Made by a program: the position numbers and the translations under genes. The notes below the pieces were generated by a model. That model was given only the letters and a program-made list of their open reading frames with translations. It was not told the origin of the DNA and searched no databases. Positions 18,970-26,943 of a DNA stretch of 32,000 bases are shown piece after piece (the stretch's first letter is position 1; every line of letters begins with the position of its first letter). This DNA comes from Methanosphaera stadtmanae DSM 3091 (GTDB lineage: Archaea; Methanobacteriota; Methanobacteria; Methanobacteriales; Methanobacteriaceae): positions 1,320,001 to 1,352,000 of the forward strand of contig NC_007681.1 in NCBI RefSeq assembly GCF_000012545.1. Reading direction: 5' to 3'.

Positions 18970-19872
18970 TTATAAATCCAATTTAACAATACATCCAGAG
19001 ACTAAAGCCATAACAATACCTTTTGTGAATGGTTCAAATTCTAATAAATTCAAATCATCTTTAATTTTATTAAAAACAGACACTGCTTCCTTACCTGCTA
19101 TTTGATTTACCATATTTAAACATAATATATTAGCAGTATTTTCTATGTTAGTGTTGTTTTTGATAACTATTCTTTCATTATTATAATCTTCTTCCAATCT
19201 AATAATAGCAACAATATACGCTACTATATTCACATCATCTAAGATATTTTCTAATTGATTTACAAATACATTATGAGTTATGTCTTTAGTAGTAACTTTC
19301 CTAGCAACATCTTCAATTATATCTAATGAAATGTTAGCATCACGTAAATATTTTACAATGTTTCTTGGATATCCTAGAACTTTGAATGATTGTCTTAGAG
19401 CTTCATCAACAATTTCTTTTACTTCATAAAACAATGAAATATCAAATGGTAATGAAACTTCAGATTTCTTTCTACATGCAATGAAAATCGTGTTATAGAA
19501 GTTACCTAATTGGTTATCCAGCCTATTTTTATTCAATGCATTAACATCCCATGAAGTTGTTGAAATAGTTTCACTAACAGTTCTAAATAAATTCATTAAT
19601 GTTAGATTATCTAGTGAAGTATCAATTAGTACTGTGATATTTGTAAAGAATTTTCCTTGTATTTCTTCAACAGTACTTACTACAGCTATTCCATTTCTTT
19701 CAACAAGAATTCTATCTAATAGGGGATTATTATAATAATGATTATTTATTTTATTAGAATATTTAAAATCATAATTTTCCCTATTAGCTAAAATATACAA
19801 AGGTTCTTCACTTTCAAAAATAAGACCATTACCTTCCTCATAACTAATTATTCCATCCAATTCAATATCCAT
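18970..19872 (-). CDS. Cobalamin-salvage-associated protein, weakly CbiZ-like (adenosylcobinamide amidohydrolase family?)
   Basis: 300 aa, lying 13 nt upstream of cobS on the same strand with an SD for cobS. TNITVLIDTSLDNLTLMNLFRTVSETISTTSWDV loosely resembles the CbiZ core (..N..v.id..L....l.n...T.tEAK..AL.d), but the usual Gly-rich/TEAK motifs are not clear. The call rests mainly on context. Confidence 0.35.
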   Translation of the reverse strand: MDIELDGIISYEEGNGLIFESEEPLYILANRENYDFKYSNKINNHYYNNPLLDRILVERNGIAVVSTVEEIQGKFFTNITVLIDTSLDNLTLMNLFRTVSETISTTSWDVNALNKNRLDNQLGNFYNTIFIACRKKSEVSLPFDISLFYEVKEIVDEALRQSFKVLGYPRNIVKYLRDANISLDIIEDVARKVTTKDITHNVFVNQLENILDDVNIVAYIVAIIRLEEDYNNERIVIKNNTNIENTANILCLNMVNQIAGKEAVSVFNKIKDDLNLLEFEPFTKGIVMALVSGCIVKLDL

Positions 19873-20067
19873 ACTCTGCCTCCTATTAATTGTTAAAAAA
19901 AAATAATTTTAATATTTAAGTAATTATATTTTTATTAATAATAAGATAAAAATGTATTATAAAATTTATACTATAAAAAACAAATTTACTTAATAAATGA
20001 AGATTAATATTTAAAAAAAAATGAATAAGAAAAACAATTAATATACTAGAAAAATAGGAGATTAAAT

Positions 20068-21288
20068 ATGGTTTTAATAATTGATGGACAAACATCGGGA
20101 CTTGCAGGAAATATGTTTATTGGAGCATTTATTGATTTAGGTGCTAATAAAGATGATATTATTAATGTTATTAAAACTTATGCTAATGAATTTGGTGATA
20201 TAGATATTACCATAACAAAACAACCAAAATCAGGTATAATGTGTACATATGCCCAAATTAACACAACAGATAAGAGTACACGACATTATAATGAAATTAT
20301 TGAAAAATTAGATGATATAACACAAAAACATTATCCAGACAATGAAATTATATTAAAAACAATAAATTTATCTAAAAAAATATTTAAAACACTTGCCATA
20401 GCTGAGTCTAAAGTTCATGGAAAATCATTAGATCAATTACATTTCCATGAAGTAGGATGTGCTGATGCTGTAGCTGATATAATTGGTTCATCATATGCAT
20501 ATTATCTACTAAATCTTGATAAAGAAAAAGTATATTCTCTTCCAGTTGCAACAGGTAGTGGAACTGTGAAAACACAACATGGTATTCTACCAGTACCTGC
20601 TCCTGCAGTACTTAACATACTAAAGAATGTTCCAACTATTGGGGGATGTGTTAATACTGAAATATGTACACCAACAGGATGTGCTATTCTTGTAAATATT
20701 ACTGATGAGTATGTATCATCATATCCTTATGTTACAAGAAAAACTATTGGATATGGAGCTGGAAAAAAGGATCTTGAAGTTCTTAATGCACTAAGATTAG
20801 TACATGCTAATAGTGTAACTAAAAATGATACTGTAACCATATTAGAGACAAATATTGATACTTTAAGTGGTGAAGTTCTTGGAAGTTTATATGATAAACT
20901 ATTATCTGAAGGTGCAAGGGATGTTACAATCACACCTACAATAATGAAAAAAAATAGGCCAGGACAAATCATTAAGGTTATATGTAGAAATAATGATGCT
21001 CAACATATAACAAATGTTCTTATGGAGGAAACTGGAACATTAGGTGTTCGTGTAATTCCAACTGTACATAGAGGTGTTGCAATTAGAGAAAATATTCATG
21101 AAAAAATAAATATCAATGGTACCTGGGAAGATGTAAGATTTAAAATAGGGTATATTAATGATAAGATAATTAAATGTACTCCTGAATATGATGATATTAA
21201 AAAAATAGCCAATAAAACATCCATTCCTATTAAAGATTTAATAAAATATGTAGAAATGGAATATAGAATAAATAATAGAGGAGATTAA
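20068..21288 (+). CDS. larC: LarC/DUF111 family nickel insertion (nickel-pincer cofactor cyclometallase-like) protein
   Basis: 406 aa. N-terminal IIDGQTSGLAGNMFIGAFIDLGA; HFHEVGCADAVADIIG; GSGTVKTQHGILPVPAPAV; and a C-terminal MKKNRPG...TGTLGVRV domain. This is the DUF111/LarC pattern. Confidence 0.8.
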   Translation: MVLIIDGQTSGLAGNMFIGAFIDLGANKDDIINVIKTYANEFGDIDITITKQPKSGIMCTYAQINTTDKSTRHYNEIIEKLDDITQKHYPDNEIILKTINLSKKIFKTLAIAESKVHGKSLDQLHFHEVGCADAVADIIGSSYAYYLLNLDKEKVYSLPVATGSGTVKTQHGILPVPAPAVLNILKNVPTIGGCVNTEICTPTGCAILVNITDEYVSSYPYVTRKTIGYGAGKKDLEVLNALRLVHANSVTKNDTVTILETNIDTLSGEVLGSLYDKLLSEGARDVTITPTIMKKNRPGQIIKVICRNNDAQHITNVLMEETGTLGVRVIPTVHRGVAIRENIHEKININGTWEDVRFKIGYINDKIIKCTPEYDDIKKIANKTSIPIKDLIKYVEMEYRINNRGD

Positions 21289-21969
21289 ATGAAACCTAAA
21301 GCAATAACTGTACTCTCTGGAGGATTAGATTCAACAGTTGCCACATCAATTTATGCAAATGATTATGATATAACTGCAATCACATTTAATTATGGTCAAC
21401 AAAGTATAAAACAAGAATTAAAACATGCAAAAATGATATGTGAAAAATTAGATATGAAACATATTGTAATAGATCTTCCATGGCTTAAAGAAATTAGTAA
21501 TTCAAGTTTAACAACAGATAAAAGCATACCTCAACCAAGTGATAATGACTTAGATGATTATGATAAATCTATTGAAACAGCAAAATCTGTATGGGTTCCT
21601 GCAAGAAATACTGTTTTTTGTAGTATTGCCTTATCATATGCTGAAAGTATTCAAGCCAAAATAATTATTGTAGGATGGGATTATGAAGAAGCTGTTACAT
21701 TTCCTGATAATTCAAAAGAATACCTGAAATCTTTTAATGAAACTATAAAATATGGTTCTTTTGATGATATTGAAATTAAAGCTCCCTTAATTGACATGAC
21801 AAAAGAAGATATTGTTAAAAAAGGTCATGAAGTAAATGCTCCTATGAATATAAGTTATTCATGTTATGTTGGATGTGACACACACTGTGGAGTATGTGAA
21901 TCTTGTAAAAGAAGAAAAAGAGCATTCACAAGAGCAAATGTAACTGATTATACAGAATATGAAAAATAG
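21289..21969 (+). CDS. queC: 7-cyano-7-deazaguanine synthase-type PP-loop ATPase
   Basis: 226 aa. It has the PP-loop VLSGGLDST, FNYGQ, VPARNT, and a C-terminal Zn cluster SCYVGCDTHCGVCESCKRRKRAF typical of QueC. The ATG directly abuts the larC stop (TAA ATG), and the SD AGAGGAG lies inside the larC 3' end. Confidence 0.8.
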   Translation: MKPKAITVLSGGLDSTVATSIYANDYDITAITFNYGQQSIKQELKHAKMICEKLDMKHIVIDLPWLKEISNSSLTTDKSIPQPSDNDLDDYDKSIETAKSVWVPARNTVFCSIALSYAESIQAKIIIVGWDYEEAVTFPDNSKEYLKSFNETIKYGSFDDIEIKAPLIDMTKEDIVKKGHEVNAPMNISYSCYVGCDTHCGVCESCKRRKRAFTRANVTDYTEYEK

Positions 21970-22539
21970 GTGATTAAAATGAGTAACATTGAATATGAAG
22001 TTAAAAGACAACGTAAAACTCTTACTACCAAGGAATTTTATGATAGATTTTCAAACTTTGAAGTAGTTCAAGGTTACTGTAGAGGATGTTCAAGATATAA
22101 TACTAATTATTCTTGTTCTCCACTAGATATAGATATTCAAAATTATATTGAAAGTTATGATTACATAGATATCGTTATAACCCAGTTGTTTTTCAATAAA
22201 GAAGATTATCAAGCTATTTATAGTCCTGATGAATTAAATGATATTTTAAATAACACATTTTTTATAGAAAAGAAAAAGACTGTAGATATACTTTTAGATG
22301 AAGAAAAAAAGTATGTAAAATCAGAATGTATCACTGGTCCATGTAATTATTGTAGAAGTGATTGTAAAAAAGAGTATGATGAATGTATTCATCCTGAAAT
22401 AAGACGTTACTCCTTAGCATCACTTGGAATAGATAGTGCTAAAATATTAAAAGATTTATTTAATATTGATTTAATATTAATTGAAGGTAAACTTCCAAAA
22501 TATCTAAATAATGTTTCATCAATATTATACTCAAAATAA
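21970..22539 (+). CDS. DUF2284-type predicted metal-binding (Cys-rich) protein
   Basis: 189 aa. CRGCSRYNTNYSCSP fits the DUF2284 CxxCxxYxxxxxCPP-like motif, and there is a second Cys cluster, CITGPCNYCRSDC...C. The GTG at 21970 abuts the queC stop; the ATG at 21979 is an alternative start. Confidence 0.55.
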   Translation: MIKMSNIEYEVKRQRKTLTTKEFYDRFSNFEVVQGYCRGCSRYNTNYSCSPLDIDIQNYIESYDYIDIVITQLFFNKEDYQAIYSPDELNDILNNTFFIEKKKTVDILLDEEKKYVKSECITGPCNYCRSDCKKEYDECIHPEIRRYSLASLGIDSAKILKDLFNIDLILIEGKLPKYLNNVSSILYSK

Positions 22540-22570
22540 GATTATAAAAAAAAAGTAGAAAGAGATTGTT

Positions 22571-24277
22571 TTAATCAATAACCATTAAAACATCATCTTT
22601 TTCTACAGTATCCCCTTCATTAATGAAGATTTCTGATATTTGTCCAGATCTATCTGCTTTTACATCATTTTCCATTTTCATAGCTTCTAGAACTGCAACT
22701 GTATCTCCTTCATTTACCTTATCCCCAATTTTTACTTTAAGTTTAACTATCATACCTTGCATTGAAGATGTTAAACCATTTTCTATAGAGGTTTTAATTT
22801 GTTTTGATGATGGCTCCATTTCCATGTAACCTGTAGGTAATACTTTTACACTGAATGTTTCCCCATCAACTTCCACATCATATGATGTTGGAATACTTGA
22901 TGCACTGTATTCCACTTTAGGTTCTGGAATCTCTTCTACAACTGCTTCTCCTTTAAGGAATTTTTCACCAATTGTAGGATATAATACATATGTTAAAAGA
23001 TCTTCATCTTTTTTAATTAAACCTTCAGATTCTATTTTTTCTTTTGCTTCTTCAAGTTCTGGTTCTATAAGATCTGCAGGCCTACATGTGATAGGTTCTT
23101 CATCACCATTTGCTTTTTTATATAATTCTTGATTTATTTCTGCTGGTGCTCTACCATATGCTCCTTTAAGATATTCTTTTACCTCTTTTGTAATGTTACC
23201 ATAACGTTCACCAGATAATACATTCATTACTGATTGAACTCCCACAATTTGACTTGTTGGTGTTACAAGTGGTGGATATCCTAGATCTTTTCTAACTTTT
23301 GGTATTTCTTTAAGTACATCTTCATACTTATCAATAGCACTTTGTTGTTTAAGTTGTGAAACAAGGTTAGATAACATTCCTCCAGGTACCTGGTACATCA
23401 ATACATCAGTATCAACTTTAGAAGCTAATGGATCGAATAATGCAGCATATTTTTCATTTAACTCTGCAAAGTAATCTTTTATTTTAGATAATGCTTTTAA
23501 ATCAATACCTGTATCATATTCTGTTCCTACTAATGCTGCCACAACACTTTCTGTTGGTGGTTGTGCTGTTCCTCCAGAAAATGGTGAAATTGCTGTATCT
23601 AACATATCCACTCCTGCTTCAATTGCAGCTTCATAACTCATTAATGTCATTCCACTTGTACAATGACTGTGTAAGTTAACATCTAAGTCAACTTCATCTT
23701 TTAATGCAGTGACTAATTTACCAGCAACATCAGGAGTAATTAATCCAGCCATATCTTTTATAGTTATAGCATCACAATCCATTGCTGCTAATTCTTTTGC
23801 AAATTCAACATATTTTTCAATTGTATGAACTGGACTGATTGTATAACTGATTGTACCTTGAACATATGCTCCTTGATCTTTAGCAGTTTTAATGGACATT
23901 TTCATATTTCTAGAATCATTTAATGCATCAAATATTCTGAAAATGTCAACCCCATTTTCATAAGATTTTTCAACAAATGCTTTTACTACATCATCTGCAT
24001 AATGTTTGTAACCTACTAAGTTTTGTCCTCTTAGTAACATTTGAATTGGAGTTTTATTTAGATGTTCTTTAAATATTCTAAGCCTTTCCCATGGATCTTC
24101 ATTTAAAAAACGTATACATGTATCAAATGTTGCTCCACCCCAAGCTTCTAATGAGAAATAACCTACTTTATCCATATCTTCTATAATTGGAACCATATCT
24201 GCAGTTCTCATTCGAGTAGCAATTAATGATTGATGTGCATCTCTTAATGCAGTTTCTATTATTTTCACTTTTGCCAT
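22571..24277 (-). CDS. pycB: Pyruvate carboxylase subunit B (carboxyltransferase plus biotinyl domain)
   Basis: 568 aa. IIETALRDAHQSL, HSHCTSGM and the C-terminal biotin attachment site LEAMKMEN identify it. An SD (AAGGTG) lies upstream. Confidence 0.9.
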   Translation of the reverse strand: MAKVKIIETALRDAHQSLIATRMRTADMVPIIEDMDKVGYFSLEAWGGATFDTCIRFLNEDPWERLRIFKEHLNKTPIQMLLRGQNLVGYKHYADDVVKAFVEKSYENGVDIFRIFDALNDSRNMKMSIKTAKDQGAYVQGTISYTISPVHTIEKYVEFAKELAAMDCDAITIKDMAGLITPDVAGKLVTALKDEVDLDVNLHSHCTSGMTLMSYEAAIEAGVDMLDTAISPFSGGTAQPPTESVVAALVGTEYDTGIDLKALSKIKDYFAELNEKYAALFDPLASKVDTDVLMYQVPGGMLSNLVSQLKQQSAIDKYEDVLKEIPKVRKDLGYPPLVTPTSQIVGVQSVMNVLSGERYGNITKEVKEYLKGAYGRAPAEINQELYKKANGDEEPITCRPADLIEPELEEAKEKIESEGLIKKDEDLLTYVLYPTIGEKFLKGEAVVEEIPEPKVEYSASSIPTSYDVEVDGETFSVKVLPTGYMEMEPSSKQIKTSIENGLTSSMQGMIVKLKVKIGDKVNEGDTVAVLEAMKMENDVKADRSGQISEIFINEGDTVEKDDVLMVID

Positions 24278-24634
24278 TTAGACACCTTCTTTGTTTTATT
24301 CAAGATTAAATTTATATGTAAGTGTTTTTATGCTTAAACTTATTATGGCAGTATAATTAATTAATTTGAGTACCTACGATATTACATTGAATTAGTTAAA
24401 TGTTATTTCATAATATATTCAAAAACTATTTTCGTATAATACTCCTATAATCAAAAATATAAATAAATTTTCCATAACTTTTTTATTCTGTTTTTTATTT
24501 TTGTTTAAAGTAATATACTTAATTTACTATTATTATGAATGAAAAATTTGAATATATCTTAATAATAACTATAAAATTTTTAAAAAAAAGAATTTAATAA
24601 GAAAAATAGTATAAATAGATTCACATCTAAATAT

Positions 24635-24826
24635 CTATTTTAATCTTTTACCTGTAACAGGTTTTTTGTTTTGCCAACTGTATCTTCTTAATCTTTTAGA
24701 TCTTCCAAATCCACAAGATGCACAGTATTTTTTTGTTGGATTGTAAGCATTTCTACCACATCTTCTACATCTGATATGGTTTTTCTTATTACGTTTTCCG
24801 AATGATGGTGTTCCTTTCAATTTCAC
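24635..24826 (-). CDS. rpl37e: Large-subunit ribosomal protein L37e
   Basis: 63 aa. [24 protein letters not shown]...CASCGFG...RRYSW identifies the family. GTG start with a strong SD AGGAGGT (complement of 24829-24836). Confidence 0.9.
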   Translation of the reverse strand: MKLKGTPSFGKRNKKNHIRCRRCGRNAYNPTKKYCASCGFGRSKRLRRYSWQNKKPVTGKRLK

Positions 24827-24864
24827 AACCTCCTAGTAATATGTAAATAATAAATAAATATAAA

Positions 24865-24942
24865 ACCTTTTTTTAAAAAAAGGTAAAAATAGAGAATAAA
24901 ATTAAATTTTATTCCTTCTATAAGATATACACCTCGTATATC
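24865..24942 (-). repeat. Three consecutive perfect inverted repeats (hairpin-capable) in the LSm-L37e spacer
   Basis: A 20-nt perfect palindrome ACCTTTTTTTAAAAAAAGGT (24865-24884). GAATAAAAT-taa-ATTTTATTC (24894-24914). GATATAC-acctc-GTATATC (24924-24942). All were read directly from the sequence; their function is unknown. Confidence 0.6.
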
Positions 24943-25040
24943 AATACCTTAAATGTATAAATAGTAAATTTCAGGTATATTTTTCTAATAAGGACGATTA
25001 ATATTAATAGATTTGAAAACTACTAATGTCCTTTAAATAA

Positions 25041-25292
<252 letters not shown>

Positions 25293-25498
25293 TCACCTTA
25301 TCAATAATATTAATTTATTTGTTCAGAATTATATTTAAATGTATCTATAATCCTAACTTTAATAAGTATTTATTCCTATTCTATTATTATATTTAATTTA
25401 GATATATGATATAAGTTTCTATTAAGTTCTATTATATTAATTTTTATAAAAAGGCCATTTAATAGATAATCATATATACAAATAGTAAATAGAATATT

Positions 25499-25540
25499 TT
25501 ACTATAAATAAAAATCAAATAATTACTATAAATCAAATAA
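25499..25540. repeat. Imperfect tandem direct repeat in the middle of a 460-bp divergent intergenic region
   Basis: TTACTATAAA[TAAAAA]TCAAATAA (25499-25522) is followed immediately by TTACTATAAATCAAATAA (25523-25540). The exact 14-mer AAATCAAATAATTA occurs at 25512 and 25530. Confidence 0.5.
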
Positions 25541-25746
25541 TTAATAGTCAGTATAGCTAAAACTTCATTTTAGATTAATAAAATTTTATAATTCTAAAAA
25601 TAGAGAGTAAAAAACTGTATATGACATTTTATTAACTTTTAAAAAGAATAGAAATATAAATTATTTAGACTAATAAACAATTGCAAAAAAACAAAAATAA
25701 TTATATAAAAAAAATCATAATCTAATCTTAAAGGTGGATTGAGAAA

Positions 25747-26226
25747 TTGAAAATTAAAAAAAGAAATTTCTTGAAAAATAAAAAAATTAAAGAGATTAAA
25801 GAAGAACTAGGAAATTACAGTATAATCATTCCTAAAAAAGCAAAGGTAGAATTATTAAAAATAGAAGATTTACCAAATATTCTTTTAATAAATGGAGAAC
25901 CACTTTTAATGCAGACAGAAAATAAAATAATACCAACACTTAAAGCTGTTCTATCATTAGAAATTACAGAAAAATATGCTACAGTAGATATGGGTGCTAT
26001 AAATTTTGTTATTAAAGGTGCAGATATTATGTCACCCGGTATTGTTGATGCAGATAAAACAATAGTTGCTGGTGAAACTATAGTTATTATTGAAGAAACA
26101 CATAAAAAACCAATTGCTATTGGAACTAGTTTAATTTCTGGTGAAGAAATGATTGAAAATAGTAAAGGTAAAGCTATTGAAAATTTACATTATGTTGGAG
26201 ATACTATTTGGGACTTAAAAATATAG
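25747..26226 (+). CDS. PUA-domain RNA-binding protein (Tma20/MCT-1-like, COG2016 type)
   Basis: 159 aa, TTG start preceded by AAAGGTGG. The C-terminal VDMGAINFVIKGADIMSPGIV...GETIVIIEE.H.KPIAIG is a PUA-domain pattern. Confidence 0.65.
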   Translation: MKIKKRNFLKNKKIKEIKEELGNYSIIIPKKAKVELLKIEDLPNILLINGEPLLMQTENKIIPTLKAVLSLEITEKYATVDMGAINFVIKGADIMSPGIVDADKTIVAGETIVIIEETHKKPIAIGTSLISGEEMIENSKGKAIENLHYVGDTIWDLKI

Positions 26227-26240
26227 GAGTTAAAAATAGA

Positions 26241-26942
26241 ATGTCTTCAAATAATATTAAATTAAAATATGATTCAGGAAATATATTATCTAAAGATGTA
26301 CATAGTATAGGAATCATTGCATTAGGTTCACATAGAGAAAATCATGGTGCTGCTCTTCCTATTGATACTGATTCAAAGATAGCTGCAAATGTTGCATTAA
26401 ATGTAGCTACTAAGACTGGTGCCACTTTTCTAGGTATTTTTTATGGAGCTACTGAATATGATTATATTAAACATGGCCATCATTTAAAAAAAGATGATCT
26501 TGTAAATAAACAAATAATACCACAACTAATTAATATAAAAAAGCAATTAAATATTAAGTCTGTAATTATAGTAAATGGACATGGTGGTAACAATCTTATT
26601 ATAGAGGATATTGATAAAATATCCAAAAAAACAGAACTAAAAATTATATTCAACAATTCAATTATTGAAAGTGAAGGTCCTCATGCATGTACTGGTGAAT
26701 TATCAATGGGTGCTGTGTTAGGTATTACTGATATGACTTCTCTTAAAGAACATGAAAATTTTATTAAACACCCTGAAGTTGGAATGGTTGGCCTAAAAGA
26801 AGCAAGAGATAATGAGCCAATAATAAATAAAGAAGCCCTAACTATTGAAAAAGAAGGTTTTGAAGTTAACATGATACTTGGACAAGATATGCTAGAAAAT
26901 GCTCAAAAAGAAATAATTAATGAGGTTAAAAAATTATTATAA
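26241..26942 (+). CDS. arfB: Creatininase-family amidohydrolase, probably ArfB-like formamide hydrolase (riboflavin/F420 branch)
   Basis: GSHRENHGAALPIDTD and IVNGHGGNN are creatininase-fold metal/active-site motifs. The track ORF starts at 26208 inside the PUA gene; the in-frame ATG at 26241, preceded by TAGGAG, is preferred. Assignment to ArfB rather than another creatininase-family member is from memory. Confidence 0.55.
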   Translation: MSSNNIKLKYDSGNILSKDVHSIGIIALGSHRENHGAALPIDTDSKIAANVALNVATKTGATFLGIFYGATEYDYIKHGHHLKKDDLVNKQIIPQLINIKKQLNIKSVIIVNGHGGNNLIIEDIDKISKKTELKIIFNNSIIESEGPHACTGELSMGAVLGITDMTSLKEHENFIKHPEVGMVGLKEARDNEPIINKEALTIEKEGFEVNMILGQDMLENAQKEIINEVKKLL

Positions 26943-26943
26943 T

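Noticed and set aside
19873-20067. A possible cobalamin riboswitch upstream of the CbiZ-like/cobS operon (also checked upstream of cbiC at 29449-29647).
   Set aside because: There is no GC-containing conserved B12-box-like core or multi-stem structure. The regions are plain AT-rich promoter DNA, and cobalamin riboswitches are not an established archaeal feature.
21289-21969. Re-calling the QueC-like gene outright as a LarE orthologue because of its larC linkage.
   Set aside because: The sequence carries the QueC-specific C-terminal Zn-Cys cluster and QueC-like length. LarE identity is not supported by sequence, so the linkage is reported only as a hypothesis in the findings.
24278-24634. The 357-bp gap between pycB and rpl37e, examined as a candidate hidden gene or ncRNA.
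   Set aside because: The longest ORFs seen by eye are about 18-20 codons with no SD. No strong hairpins or GC-rich segment are present. The gap is most simply the rpl37e terminator plus the pycB promoter and 5' region.
26208-26240. The track start of the creatininase-family ORF, which lies inside the 3' end of the PUA gene.
   Set aside because: The in-frame ATG at 26241 is preceded by TAGGAG at proper spacing and avoids a 19-nt overlap. The upstream 11 codons add no recognisable sequence.
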